This document shows, one piece after another, positions 20,222 through 31,247 of a DNA stretch of 64,000 bases. The number at the start of each line of letters is the position of its first letter. Positions within the stretch are counted from its first letter, which is position 1. The position numbers were made by a program, and so were the translations under genes. A model generated the notes under the pieces. It worked only from the letters and a program-made list of their open reading frames with translations, was not told the DNA's origin and searched no databases. Location: positions 192,001-256,000 of the forward strand of contig CAVVUS010000011.1 of NCBI GenBank assembly GCA_963751345.1, read 5' to 3'. This DNA comes from an uncultured Chloroflexia bacterium. GTDB lineage: Bacteria; Chloroflexota; Anaerolineae; B4-G1; SLSP01.

Positions 20222-23200
20222 CTACTCTTGACGCGGGATAACAGTGACCGACACGGGTTCGGTTTCCGTCTTGTTGCCCGCGGCATCATAGACCACCACG
20301 TGGAACTGGTAGCGGCCTGGCCCCTGCAACAGCCAGTTGACGTTGAAGGGTGCCACGGTCCGAACGTTAAACGGCTCCTCCTGACCATTCACGTAGAACT
20401 CCACCTTGGAGATCGCGTAGTTGTCGTTGACCTCCGCATTCACGTTCACCCACTCGTCGAAGCCATATTCGAATTCCGATCCGTCATACGGAAAGGTCAG
20501 ATCTACCTTGGGTGCGGTATTGTCGATCGTCAGTTGGATGGACGCCTGCCTGACCTGTTGGTCGTTGCCGACAACCTGCAGTTGAAGGGTGTAGATGCCG
20601 TCGGCAAGTCCCGTCGTATCGAAGTTCTCGAGCAGGTTGTTGTCAACCTGGTTATTGTGGTCCGGGCCGATGGGCAGCCACTCCGTCGGATTCATGCCCT
20701 CGCCGAAGACGAGGCGGTAGAAGGCCACGTCCCCCCGCGCGTTACCCACGATGGGCACGATGCCGGCGACGTACGAGTAGGTGGTCGGAGAGATGATCGC
20801 CACCTCGGCCTGTGCCTGGCTGGGGGCATTGATCGTGTCGTATTCTGTGGGAGGCTGGTAAAGCTGCCGGCGTTCGTCGGGCAGGCTGGCGATCCAATCC
20901 TGTGCCTCGGGCGGCAGGACGATGTAGACGCGGTCCTCGATGAGTTCGGGCGGGGTGAAGATCGTGGCCAGCTTGCCGGTCTCGCGGTCGACCGGGTACT
21001 TCTGGTAAAGCGTGTCAACCTCGGTTGGCTCGGTACCAGGGATCATCAGCTCGGTGCGTGTGGGGCAGTTGTCGTTGGGCTTGAGGCCTGACACGTCACA
21101 GACTGCGACCTGCTCCAGCCCCCCCGGGTTGGTGAAAGAGACGATCGGCTGATCCTGGAGCGCATATTCCATCACGGCGTGCCATATGTAGGATGCCCCC
21201 CGCGATCCGGGGGTGTTGATCATATAGTCATCTCCATCCTTGTTGCCCTGCCACACCCCGACGACGATCTGCGGCGTGTAGCCGACGGTCCAGTTGTCGC
21301 TGAAGTTGTTGGTCGTCCCGGTCTTCGCTGCGGCCGGCCGATCATTGGCGAGTTCGAGGGGGTTGGGCGTGCCGAATGCGGGGATGCGCGCCTGGCGGTC
21401 GGAGATGATGTTGGTGATCAGGTAGGCCAGACGTGGTTCCAGAACCTGGCGCGACTCAGGTTGGTCCACCTGGTAGAGCACCTTGCCGTTGCGATCCTCG
21501 ACGCGCAGGATGGAGATTGGGTCAAGCTCGCGGAAATTAGGTCGGCGCTCCTCCTCAGGTACGGGTACCCCATACATGGTGCCGTTATTGTCGAAGACGC
21601 TGAAGGCATAGGTCTCGTCGATCAGCTTGACCTCGCCGCCGCCCAGCGTCAGGCTCAAGCCATAGTGATCGAGACTCTGGTCCAGCGTCGTGATGCCCAT
21701 CTTGTGGGCCGTGCGAAGCACGTTGTCGATGCCCGCGATGGACATCGCCTCGACGGCGGGAATATTGAGGGACCGCGCAAGGGCGTTGCGCATGCTCGAC
21801 CGGCCCATTATAGGTGCGGGTGTAGTTCTCGGGCACATACGGGGCCATCCCGGGTCCCCTGTCGAAGGCCTGGCGCACGTCAAGGAACATATAGGCAGGA
21901 TTGTGCCCCTCCGCGAGGAAGGTGACGTAGGTGAAGGGCTTAAAGGAGGAGCCGGGCTGCCGCAGCCCATCGGCCGCGACGTTGAACTTGCCGTCGATGG
22001 ACTCATCCCAGTAATCTGCGCTTCCGACCATGGCCAGGATCTCGCCGGTTGTCGGACGTATCGCCACCAAAGCGGAGTTCTTTACATTGAAATTCACTCC
22101 CACCCGGTTGGCAGGGACGTCCGGAAGATACTGGGCCGCATCACAACCGGCCCCCAGCGCCTCGGAGATCACGGCCGTCGGGTCTTCGCCCGAGAGGATC
22201 CTGAGATAGCTCTGCATGACGCACTGTGCCTGATCGTTGAGCTCCAGGTCGAGGGTCGTATAGACCCGTAGACCACCACCCGCCACGACTTCCGGCCCAA
22301 ACATCTGCTCAAGCTGCCGTCGGACGTACATCGAGAAGTGCGGGGCCTTGATGTCGAAACGCTGGTTGGATTGGGCAAGGTGCCAGGGCTCCGCCTCGGC
22401 GGCGGCGGCCTGCTCGCTGGTGATGCAGCCTTCCTCTACCATGCGTCCCAGGACGATCTCCTTACGCTGCAGGGCATCCTCAGGCGCGTCAAAGGGGTTG
22501 AGCAGGGGATACTGCGGGATCGCGATGAGCGTGGCTGCTTCGGACAGCGTCAGGTCCTTAGCCCCCTTGCCGAAGTAGGCACGCGCCGCGGCGTCGATCC
22601 CATAGGCGAGGTTACCGTACAGGTTGGTGTTAATGTACCATTCCAGAATGGTCTCTTTGTCATAGCGCCGCGTGAGCTCAAGGGAGATCAGGACCTCCTT
22701 GATCTTCCGGGCGTAGCTCTTGTCGAATCGCTCCTCCAACGGGATTACCGAGTTCTTCACGACCTGCTGGGTGATCGAAGAAGCGCCCTGGATCTCGAAT
22801 CCTTGCACGTTATTCACGAAGGCGCGTACAATGCCCCGGAAGTTGAACCCCGGATTGGTCCAGAACGTGTTGTCTTCCATCGCTACGGTGCCGCAGACCA
22901 CGTATTCCGGCATGGTGGAGAGCGAGATCCAGTTGCGGTCTCCTGCGTTGGGGTCGATCACCTCGTAGATGAGGGTGGGGTCCTTCTGCCCATCGCCGTT
23001 GGTGTCAGGGCCCCAGGCGTAGATCTTGGTGGTCTCGAAGGTCTGAACGCTGGCATCTGCTACTTCCTGTGGCGTGGGCAGACCCGCGGTGATCACTTGG
23101 TATGCGCTGGCTGCCGCACCGACGGTGACCCCGACAAAGAGGAGGGAGCCCAGGATAGTGACGAGGACCACGAGTCCCAAGACGCGAGAGATGAGGTTGA

Positions 23201-23288
23201 ACCCTGTGCGGCTTCGATTTCGTTTGCGATCCCGGTCGATCACGATCAGGGACCGGATCAGTGAGACAGGCGTTTGCCTTGTCGTCAT
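20222..23288 (-). CDS. Class A penicillin-binding protein (PBP1A family) with C-terminal Ig-like domains; frameshift near 21797
   Basis: EDxxF, GASSITQQ and RKIKE transglycosylase motifs; SSFK, SLN and KTGT transpeptidase motifs split over two frames. Confidence 0.9.
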
Positions 23289-23459
23289 AGTATCTAGACC
23301 TCTGTAGGGATTATTGGTAGTGTTGCTGGATGGTCCGCGACTGAAGTGGATTGTGTCGCACACATTGCTCGCGTATTATGCCGTGGACCAAGGGTTTGGC
23401 AAGGTTCGTCAAGGTAGAGCATGCGGCGCTGCTAGGCGTATCACCAAGGTTTTCGGACA

Positions 23460-23487
23460 TTGACGATTCCGCATTATCCATTAGAAT
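23460..23487 (+). promoter_or_regulatory. Sigma70-type promoter of the ffh operon
   Basis: TTGACG-N16-TAGAAT. Confidence 0.65.
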
Positions 23488-23517
23488 GTACGTCAATGGA
23501 AGGAAGGTCGGACACGC

Positions 23518-24852
23518 ATGCCCATGTTTGAGTCGCTGAGCGAGAAGCTGCAGGATGTCTTCAACCGTCTCGGCAAGCACGGGGTTCTGCGCGAAGAAGA
23601 CGTCAATGCTGTTCTTCGTGAGATCCGGCTGGCCCTTCTAGAGGCCGACGTCAACTACAAGGTCGTCAGGGACTTCGTCTCTCGGGTTCGCGACAAGGCC
23701 GTGGGAGAGGAAGTCTCGCGATCACTGGACCCGGCTCAGCAGGTGGTCAAGATCGTGCACCAGGAGTTGGTGACGACGCTTGGCGAGCCCGGCAGGTTGG
23801 AGTTGAGGGGGAGAGCTCCCTACGTGATTATGCTCTTGGGGCTCCAGGGCTCGGGCAAGACGACGCTGGCGGCCAAGCTGGCGCTCCATCTGCGGTCGCA
23901 GGGCCATTTCCCGTTGATGGTCGCCGCGGATACTTACCGGCCTGCAGCGATCACCCAGCTCGAAGTGCTGGGTCGACAGCTGGATATTCCGGTCTACAGT
24001 GAGAGGGATGGCGCCAAGCCCCCGGACATCTGCGTGCACAGCTTGGACGATGCACGGGCTCGTGGGGCCGATGTGGTTATCCTGGACACAGCCGGACGGC
24101 TCCAGATTGACGACACGATGATGTCGGAGTTGGTTGCGATTCGGGATCGTGTCCACCCGGTCGAGAAGCTGTTGGTAGCGGATGCGATGACCGGACAGGA
24201 GGCCGTCCACATTGCTGAGGGTTTCCATCAGCGGGTGGGGCTGACCGGCCTGGTTCTGACCAAGGTCGATGGTGATGCTCGCGGCGGTGCTGCCATCAGC
24301 ATGCGAGCCGTGACAGGGGTTCCCATCAAGTTTCTGGGGACCGGTGAGAAGACGAATGCCCTGGAAGTCTTTCACCCCGACAGGCTTGCATCGAGCATTT
24401 TGGGCATGGGCGATGTGCTCTCGCTGATCGAGCGGGCCGAGTTGACGTTCGATGCAGAGCAAGCGGCTCGTATGGAGCGAAAGCTTCACAAAGGCGAGTT
24501 TGATCTGGAGGATTTCCTTCAGCAGTTACGGCAGGTGCGCAAGATGGGGCCGCTACAAGAGGTCCTGGGCATGATTCCGGGTATCGGAAAGGCGCTGAAA
24601 GGCGTCGATATCGACCAGGAGCAAACCGAGGCCAGCCTCAAGGCTGTAGAAGCGATCATCCTGTCGATGACGCCGCAGGAGCGGCAGCATCCGCGAATCC
24701 TCAATGCCAGCCGGAAACGGCGTGTGGCTGCGGGCAGTGGTACGACGGTTCAGCAGGTGAACCAATTGCTGTCCCAGCATCGGCAGATGGAACGCATGAT
24801 CAAGCGGATGAACCAGGGCAAACTGCGGGGTCTTCAAGGGTTGTTCCAGTGA
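23518..24852 (+). CDS. ffh: Signal recognition particle protein Ffh
   Basis: ALLEADV, GLQGSGKTT, DTAGR, TKVDGDARGG and an M domain. Confidence 0.97.
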   Translation: MPMFESLSEKLQDVFNRLGKHGVLREEDVNAVLREIRLALLEADVNYKVVRDFVSRVRDKAVGEEVSRSLDPAQQVVKIVHQELVTTLGEPGRLELRGRAPYVIMLLGLQGSGKTTLAAKLALHLRSQGHFPLMVAADTYRPAAITQLEVLGRQLDIPVYSERDGAKPPDICVHSLDDARARGADVVILDTAGRLQIDDTMMSELVAIRDRVHPVEKLLVADAMTGQEAVHIAEGFHQRVGLTGLVLTKVDGDARGGAAISMRAVTGVPIKFLGTGEKTNALEVFHPDRLASSILGMGDVLSLIERAELTFDAEQAARMERKLHKGEFDLEDFLQQLRQVRKMGPLQEVLGMIPGIGKALKGVDIDQEQTEASLKAVEAIILSMTPQERQHPRILNASRKRRVAAGSGTTVQQVNQLLSQHRQMERMIKRMNQGKLRGLQGLFQ

Positions 24853-24889
24853 TAAGATGAGCAACAGGTAAGGACTGATTAGGAGACAT

Positions 24890-25310
24890 ATGCTTAGGAT
24901 ACGATTGCGTCGGGTTGGGGCGAAGAAGCAGCCGAGTTACCGCATTGTCGTTGCTGAGTCAACGGCACCCCGGGATGGTAAGTTCGTAGAGAACATCGGT
25001 TTCTATAATCCGCGGACCAACCCGGAGACGGTGAAGATTGACGAGGAGCGCGCGCTGCATTGGTTGTCGGTTGGGGCCTCTCCCAGCGATTCTGTGGCCC
25101 GTATTTTCAGGACGCACGGAACGATGGATCGCCTTGAACGACTCCGTGGCGGGGCTGCGGTGGATGCTTTGGTGGCAGAGGCGGCAGCCGCAACCAAGGC
25201 TGCAGGAGGTCGAGGTGGCCCGGGCGAAAGCCGTGGAAGTTGTTGAGAAGGATGTGGTGGAGGAGCCGGAGTTAGTCTCTGAGGAGTCGTCAGAGGCGGA
25301 GGAAGGTTAG
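24890..25310 (+). CDS. rpsP: 30S ribosomal protein S16 with acidic C-terminal extension; frameshift near 25205
   Basis: MLRIRLRRVGAKKQPSYRIVVA..RDGKFVENIGFYNP; the acidic tail continues in another frame to TAG at 25310. Confidence 0.93.
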
Positions 25311-25478
25311 CTCGCGGGATTACCTAACCTTCGCGGACCATAGACAACATAGTCGTATGCTACTTCTCAGGGTGCGCCAACTTGATCTTCAGGCTTCTAT
25401 GACCGATCGTTTCGATATCGTGTCACATCACCCGTTCCATCCAAGCCTATTTCGTTCACAAGCTTAAGGAGGTAGCCG

Positions 25479-25715
25479 ATGTCTAAGGTCAAGGATTTGG
25501 TCGAGTATGTGGTCAAGGCACTGGCCGATAAGCCAGAGGCCGTCAGCCTCTCAGAGATCGAAGGCGAGACGTCGATTGTTCTGGAGTTGCGTGTCGATCA
25601 AGAGGATATGGGGCGGATGATTGGGCGTGAAGGTCGTACGATCAACGCGATGCGGTCGATCGCCCGTGTCCTCGGCGCCAAGATGGGCAAGAAGGTCACT
25701 TTGGAGATTGTCTAG
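25479..25715 (+). CDS. khpA: KH-domain RNA-binding protein KhpA
   Basis: DMGRMIGREGRTINAMR; lies between rpsP and rimM; AAGGAGG RBS. Confidence 0.92.
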   Translation: MSKVKDLVEYVVKALADKPEAVSLSEIEGETSIVLELRVDQEDMGRMIGREGRTINAMRSIARVLGAKMGKKVTLEIV

Positions 25716-25760
25716 GTATGGCCGGCTTGGCCAGCTGTAGCGATCAGTCGAGGCTCAGGA

Positions 25761-26286
25761 ATGCAGCGGCAACCTGAGCCTCGTTATTTGGCTGTGGGCC
25801 GGGTTCAGCGCCCTCACGGCGTACGCGGGGAACTGCGAGCGGCGATCCTCACGGCTTACCCTGAGCAGCTGTCGCGCCTGAGCACACTCTATCTTGGGCA
25901 GAAGCAGCGTCCTTATCCATTGGAAAGTGTCCGCCTTCACCAGAAGGTGGCACTGATCAAGTTGGCGGGGGTTGACGACCGGGATGCTGCAGATGAGCTG
26001 CGCGGTGAAATCGCTCTACATCGCCGTCGGGGACGCACTTCCCCTCGAGGAACACGAGCATTACGAGTTCGAGTTGGTCGGCACGAGCGTCTTCACCGAG
26101 GAAGGTGAGCTGCTTGGTGAGATCGTCGAGACCTTCACCGCTCCAGGGGCTAACGACGTCCTTGTCGTCCATGGGCCTCGAGGTGAGGTGCTGATCCCGC
26201 TGATCGAGGACATCATCGTCGATGTGGATCTGGACGCCGGTCGCATCGTGATTCACCCCCTTCCGGGGTTGCTGAGCGACGTCTGA
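25761..26286 (+). CDS. rimM: Ribosome maturation factor RimM; frameshift near 26009
   Basis: VGRVQRPHGVRGEL in the first frame; GANDVLVV..EVLIP..LPGLL in the second. Confidence 0.92.
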
Positions 26287-26392
26287 GCCGTTCCCCCATC
26301 TGTCGTCCCCGATCTGTATGGGCGCCTGCCGGGCGCCTCTTGCCCTAGAACGTCCTTGCGTGTTGTATCCGAGCCGCACGGCGGAGGTAGCG

Positions 26393-27547
26393 ATGGACGA
26401 TGACCTGCGGTACTGGCTTGGTTTCAACCTGGTGAAGGGTATCGGTCCTGTGCGCCTGCGTGCCCTCATCAGGGCCTTTGGCGACGTCAAGTCCGCATGG
26501 ACGGCGTCCGAAGCCGCACTCCGCTCTATCAAGCTGGATCAAAGGGCGCTGACCCATCTGCTGCATGCTCGTCGCACGGAGGATCTGGACAGCATCCTGG
26601 TTCAGATCGAGCATCAGGGCATCCAGGTCCTGACGTGGCAGAGCCCCGACTACCCTCCGCTGCTGGCCCAAGTCCCGGATGCCCCTCCCGTGCTCTTTGT
26701 CCGGGGTAAGATCACGCCCGAGGATGAGTGGGCTGTCGCCGTGGTTGGAACGCGAAAGGCTTCTGTCTATGGACGCGAGGTGGCCCGCAGGCTTTCGACC
26801 GAATTGGGGCGCAATGGCGTGACGGTGGTCAGCGGTCTGGCAAGGGGCATCGATGGGATCTCGCACAAGGCTGCCCTGGAGGGTGGCGGTCGAACCATTG
26901 CCGTGTTGGGTTCCGGCGTCGACAGGATCTATCCGGCTGAGCATCGCCGGCTCGCCGCGGCTATCGCCGAGGCCGGTGCCGTCGTGAGTGACTATCCTCT
27001 CGGTACACCGCCCGATGGCCCGAACTTCCCGCCCCGCAACCGCATCATCAGCGGTCTGAGCCTGGGAGCGGTGATCGTCGAGGCCGGAATCCGCAGTGGT
27101 GCGCTCATCACGGCAGATTTTGCTCTCGATCAGGGACGCGAGGTCTTTGCCGTCCCCGGCAGCATCCTGAGCCCGGTCTCCGCAGGCTGCAACAGGCTGC
27201 TGCGGGACGGGGCGCACGTCGTAACGGAGGTCCGCGACATCCTGGAAGTGCTGCATCTCGACCAAATCCCCGACAAGCAGGCTGCGCGTATGGCGCTTCC
27301 CGAAACACCAACCGAAGCCACGCTCTTCGAGTATCTCTCGGCCGATCCCAGTCATCTGGACGAGCTTGCCAGAAGGTCGGGGATCGCGGTCGAGGTCGTA
27401 AGCAGCACGTTGGTGATGATGGAGCTCAAGGGGATGGTCCGGCAGGTCGGTGGGCTGCAGTACGTTCGGGCCTATGAACCGAGCACCCCCTATAGTGCCG
27501 ACGATGGAGGTGAGGCCCCGAGCCCCGCTTCCCCTTCTCCCCTATGA
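26393..27547 (+). CDS. dprA: DNA processing protein DprA
   Basis: VAVVGTR, VSGLARGIDG, FPPRNRIISGLS, SGALITA; ATG at 26393 with GGAGG RBS. Confidence 0.95.
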   Translation: MDDDLRYWLGFNLVKGIGPVRLRALIRAFGDVKSAWTASEAALRSIKLDQRALTHLLHARRTEDLDSILVQIEHQGIQVLTWQSPDYPPLLAQVPDAPPVLFVRGKITPEDEWAVAVVGTRKASVYGREVARRLSTELGRNGVTVVSGLARGIDGISHKAALEGGGRTIAVLGSGVDRIYPAEHRRLAAAIAEAGAVVSDYPLGTPPDGPNFPPRNRIISGLSLGAVIVEAGIRSGALITADFALDQGREVFAVPGSILSPVSAGCNRLLRDGAHVVTEVRDILEVLHLDQIPDKQAARMALPETPTEATLFEYLSADPSHLDELARRSGIAVEVVSSTLVMMELKGMVRQVGGLQYVRAYEPSTPYSADDGGEAPSPASPSPL

Positions 27548-28641
27548 AAGGCAAGACCATGCAGGATCATCTCTATGCCGTGATTATGGCCGGGGGAGGA
27601 GGCACGCGGTTGTGGCCCCTCAGCCGGCATGAGCATCCCAAGCAGATGCTGAGCCTGGTTGGCGACCGTACGCTCTTCCAGTCGGCAGTTGATCGCCTTC
27701 TGCCGCTCCTGCCGATGGACAGAATCCTTGTGGTCACGGCGGCTGAGCAGGTGCAGGCGCTTTCGGCGCAGTATCCTGAGCTTCCGCGCGAGAACTTCAT
27801 CGTAGAACCACGTGGTCGAGGGACTGCATCATGCATCGGGCTCTCCGCGCTCCACATCCGCCACCTTGATCCCCAGGCCGTCATGATCGTGGTGACGGCC
27901 GATCATCACGTCGAGGATACCGACGCTTTTACGCGCTCCATGCTGGCCGCGGTCACCGTCGCCGACGATGGCTACCTGGTCACGTTGGGCGTGACGCCCT
28001 CGTATCCGGCGACCGGCTATGGCTACATACGCTTTGGCGAGCGGCTGAGAGTCGTGGGGGAATTCGATGTCTTTGCCGTCGCGGCTTTCACCGAGAAGCC
28101 GGACCTCGACCGCGCACGAAGTTTCGTCGACTCGGGTGGCTACGCCTGGAACAGCGGCATGTTCATCTGGCGTGTCGATCGTATTCTGCAGGAAACGGCA
28201 CGGTTGATGCCCTCACTCCACGCAGTTCTGGAAGAGCTCGACTCGGTATTGGGATCAGATGACTATCAGACGCGCTTGGCCATCTTGTGGCCTGCGCTGG
28301 CCAGCGAGACAATAGACTACGGTATTATGGAGCGGGCGGATCGTGTGGCGGTCATCCCGGTGGATATGGGATGGTCCGACATCGGCACCTGGTCCTCCGT
28401 GATGGAGACCCGGGAAGCGGATGAGGACGGTAACGTGATGGTAGGCGATGTGCTTGGGATTGAGACGGAGAACACCATGGTGCTCTCGCAGGGCCGGCGC
28501 CTGGTCGTGGCTATCGGTCTCGACGATGTCATCGTGGTGGACACGCCGGATGCCGTTTTGGTCACGCGGCGTGCAACGTCGGAGAAGGTGCGCGATGTGG
28601 TCAGCCGGCTTAGGGAAGCTGATCGGGGCGACAAGCTCTAG
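27544..28641 (+). CDS. manC: Mannose-1-phosphate guanylyltransferase
   Basis: IMAGGGGTRLWPLSR..PKQ, EPRGRGTA, FTEKP, WNSGMF, WSDIG. Confidence 0.9.
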   Translation: MKGKTMQDHLYAVIMAGGGGTRLWPLSRHEHPKQMLSLVGDRTLFQSAVDRLLPLLPMDRILVVTAAEQVQALSAQYPELPRENFIVEPRGRGTASCIGLSALHIRHLDPQAVMIVVTADHHVEDTDAFTRSMLAAVTVADDGYLVTLGVTPSYPATGYGYIRFGERLRVVGEFDVFAVAAFTEKPDLDRARSFVDSGGYAWNSGMFIWRVDRILQETARLMPSLHAVLEELDSVLGSDDYQTRLAILWPALASETIDYGIMERADRVAVIPVDMGWSDIGTWSSVMETREADEDGNVMVGDVLGIETENTMVLSQGRRLVVAIGLDDVIVVDTPDAVLVTRRATSEKVRDVVSRLREADRGDKL

Positions 28642-28650
28642 TGTGGACCC

Positions 28651-28679
28651 TTGACAGCCCATTGCACATCCGTTATGAT
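28651..28679 (+). promoter_or_regulatory. Sigma70-type promoter of topA
   Basis: TTGACA-N17-TATGAT. Confidence 0.7.
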
Positions 28680-28706
28680 TCACCACGGTACGGATGTTAT
28701 GTATAA

Positions 28707-31106
28707 ATGGGAAAGTGTATGACGGAACAATTTAAACTTGTGGCGTATTGCGTAAAGTGCAGGGAGAAACGGGAGATGGTCGATCCAACTCCCGTCTTCA
28801 CTGCTAAGGGGCAGCCGGCAACTCAGGGGCGATGTCCGGAGTGCGGCACCAAGATGTTTCGGATGGGAGAGACGCCGATGCATGCGAGCCTGGAGCGTCC
28901 CCCCAAGCCGGAGCCTCCCAAGCCAACCGGAAAGCTGGTGATCGTGGAGTCGCCCACGAAAGCCCGTACCGTGGGGCGATTCCTGGGTAAGGGCTACACC
29001 GTGAAGGCATCGGTCGGGCACATTCGGGATCTGCTGCGCTCGAAGTTGTCCGTCGATGTCGAACACGATTTCGAGCCGCAGTACCGCGTGCCCAACGAAA
29101 AGCGCGCTGTGGTCAAAGAACTATCCGCGGCGGCCGCGAAGTCGGCGGAAGTCTATCTGGCAACCGACCTGGATCGCGAGGGAGAGGCCATCGCGTGGCA
29201 CCTCTATGACGTGCTGGGGCTCAACAAGGAGCAGACGCGGCGTGTCGTCTTCCACGAGATCACCAAGCCGGCCATTGCGGAGGCCTTTGCGCACCCTAGG
29301 TCCATCAATATGGATCTCGTCGATGCGCAGCAGGCCCGGCGGATCCTCGATCGACTCGTGGGCTATAAGCTGAGCCCGTTGCTGTGGCGCAAGGTGCGCA
29401 GCCGGCTATCGGCCGGACGGGTACAGTCCGTAGCACTGCGCCTGGTCGTCGAACGAGAGCGCGAAATTGAGCGCTTCGTGCCTGAGGAGTATTGGACGCT
29501 CGACGCGGAACTGGCAAAGAAGAAGGCTGCCGGCCGAAAGGCTCCCCCTACGTTTACCGCCCGTCTGGTTCGGATTCGGGGAGACGAGGTGGAGCTCAAG
29601 GCTGAGGGCGAGGTTGCGCCTATCCTCAAGGAGCTTGAGCACGCGATCTACACCGTCTCGAAGGTCAAGGAAGGGACGCGGACAAGGAACCCATCTGCCC
29701 CCTACACGACCAGCACGATGCAGCAGGAGGCTTCGAGCAAGTTGCGCCTCGCCGCCCGCAGGACGATGCAGTTGGCGCAGCAGTTGTATGAAGGTATCGA
29801 CCTCGGTGATGGCAGCACGGAGGGCCTGATCACGTATATGCGGACCGACAGCACCAATGTCTCCGAACTGGCGCAGGCCGAGACGCGGAGCTTCGTCAAG
29901 GAGCAGTACGGCCCCGAGTTTCTGCCGGGCAAGCCGCCGATCTACAAGACGCGGTCGAAGATGGCCCAGGAGGCCCACGAAGCCATCCGTCCCACGAGCA
30001 TTCACCGCACGCCGGACGAGATCAAGCGGTATCTGAGCAAGGATCAACACCGGCTCTACGATTTGATCTGGCGGCGCTTCGTCGCCAGCCAGATGAAGCC
30101 TGCGCTCTATGACACGCTCAGCGTCGAGATCTCCGCGGGGAGCAACGACGAACAGCCCTATCTCTTCCGTGCGTCGGGGTCGACGCTGCGCTTCCCGGGA
30201 TTCCTGGTGGTGTATGAGGAGACCCGATCTGAGGATGAGGAAGAGGAGAAGGCTCAGCAGATTCCGCCGCTCAAGGTAGACGAGTTGCTGGATCTCATCC
30301 GCCTGCTGCCGGAACAGCATTTCACCCAGCCACCCCCGCGTTTCAGCGATGCCACGCTGATTCGGGCCCTGGAGGAGTATGGGATCGGTCGGCCCTCTAC
30401 CTATGCCAGCATTCTGACGACGCTTCGTCAGCGCGGCTACGTCGATCGGCGCAGCCGCCGGCTGGAGCCCACGGAGACGGGCGAGCTGGTTAACGATCTC
30501 CTGGTCGAGAACTTCCCGGACCTGATCAACGTGGATTTCACGGCTGAGATGGAGTCCGAGCTCGATGAGGTCGCCACGGGCGATCGCGACTGGGTCGCAC
30601 TGATGCGCGAGTTCTATGGCCCATTTGAGCGCTCCCTCAAGGACGCCGATGAGGCGATTCCGAAGATCGAGCAGGTCGAGTACGTGGGGCGCAAGTGTCC
30701 GGAGTGCGAGGACGGGCAGTTGATTGTGCGGTGGGGCAGGTATGGGAAGTTCATCGGGTGCTCCAACTTCCCCAAGTGCCGCTACACGGAGCCGTGGCTG
30801 GAGAAGATCGGGGTCAAGTGTCCCGACTGTGAGGATGGCGAGATCGTCCTCCGGCGCACCAAGCGCGGTCGTCCGTTCTACGGCTGCTCGAACTGGCCGA
30901 CGTGCGAGTTCACGTCCTGGAAACGACCGCTCGCTACACCGTGCCCTTCGTGCGGCGGGTTATTGGTGGTGTCGAGGAAGGATCAGGCGACCTGTACCGT
31001 CTGTGACACAGTCTTCCCTCTCGACCAGGTGGAGTCAGAGGAGGACAGAAGAGGCGGAGGCAGTCTCAGCAGGGACGTGATACGATTCCGACGTGCCAGC
31101 ACGTGA
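28707..31106 (+). CDS. topA: DNA topoisomerase I with an N-terminal zinc ribbon and C-terminal zinc fingers
   Basis: LVIVESPTKA, ATDLDREGE, SAGRVQS, ITYMRTDS, GIGRPSTY. ATG at 28719 is an alternative start; a tail frameshift could put the true stop at 31080. Confidence 0.96.
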   Translation: MGKCMTEQFKLVAYCVKCREKREMVDPTPVFTAKGQPATQGRCPECGTKMFRMGETPMHASLERPPKPEPPKPTGKLVIVESPTKARTVGRFLGKGYTVKASVGHIRDLLRSKLSVDVEHDFEPQYRVPNEKRAVVKELSAAAAKSAEVYLATDLDREGEAIAWHLYDVLGLNKEQTRRVVFHEITKPAIAEAFAHPRSINMDLVDAQQARRILDRLVGYKLSPLLWRKVRSRLSAGRVQSVALRLVVEREREIERFVPEEYWTLDAELAKKKAAGRKAPPTFTARLVRIRGDEVELKAEGEVAPILKELEHAIYTVSKVKEGTRTRNPSAPYTTSTMQQEASSKLRLAARRTMQLAQQLYEGIDLGDGSTEGLITYMRTDSTNVSELAQAETRSFVKEQYGPEFLPGKPPIYKTRSKMAQEAHEAIRPTSIHRTPDEIKRYLSKDQHRLYDLIWRRFVASQMKPALYDTLSVEISAGSNDEQPYLFRASGSTLRFPGFLVVYEETRSEDEEEEKAQQIPPLKVDELLDLIRLLPEQHFTQPPPRFSDATLIRALEEYGIGRPSTYASILTTLRQRGYVDRRSRRLEPTETGELVNDLLVENFPDLINVDFTAEMESELDEVATGDRDWVALMREFYGPFERSLKDADEAIPKIEQVEYVGRKCPECEDGQLIVRWGRYGKFIGCSNFPKCRYTEPWLEKIGVKCPDCEDGEIVLRRTKRGRPFYGCSNWPTCEFTSWKRPLATPCPSCGGLLVVSRKDQATCTVCDTVFPLDQVESEEDRRGGGSLSRDVIRFRRAST

Positions 31107-31142
31107 GACCACACGGTCAGCAACGACCGTGTGGTCTTTTTT
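31106..31142 (+). terminator. Intrinsic terminator after topA
   Basis: AGACCACACGGTC-agcaac-GACCGTGTGGTCT followed by a T tract. Confidence 0.85.
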
Positions 31143-31164
31143 ATGATCCTCACCTTTCTTTCCC

Positions 31165-31192
31165 TTGCTATCATCTATGGGGCGGCTAGAAT
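31165..31192 (+). promoter_or_regulatory. Putative sigma70-type promoter
   Basis: TTGCTA-N16-TAGAAT upstream of the gene at 31248. Confidence 0.5.
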
Positions 31193-31247
31193 GGGAGTAG
31201 CGGGCTTCTAGCGGATCCGGCGGGATTCCTATACGTAGGGAGGACAT

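Noticed and set aside
24890-26286. Programmed frameshifting or pseudogenisation of rpsP and rimM
   Set aside because: No slippery heptamers, these are core translation genes, and the same error pattern occurs across the window
31191-31247. GGGAGTAGC suggesting a yybP-ykoY manganese riboswitch
   Set aside because: The remaining conserved elements are missing and the leader is too short
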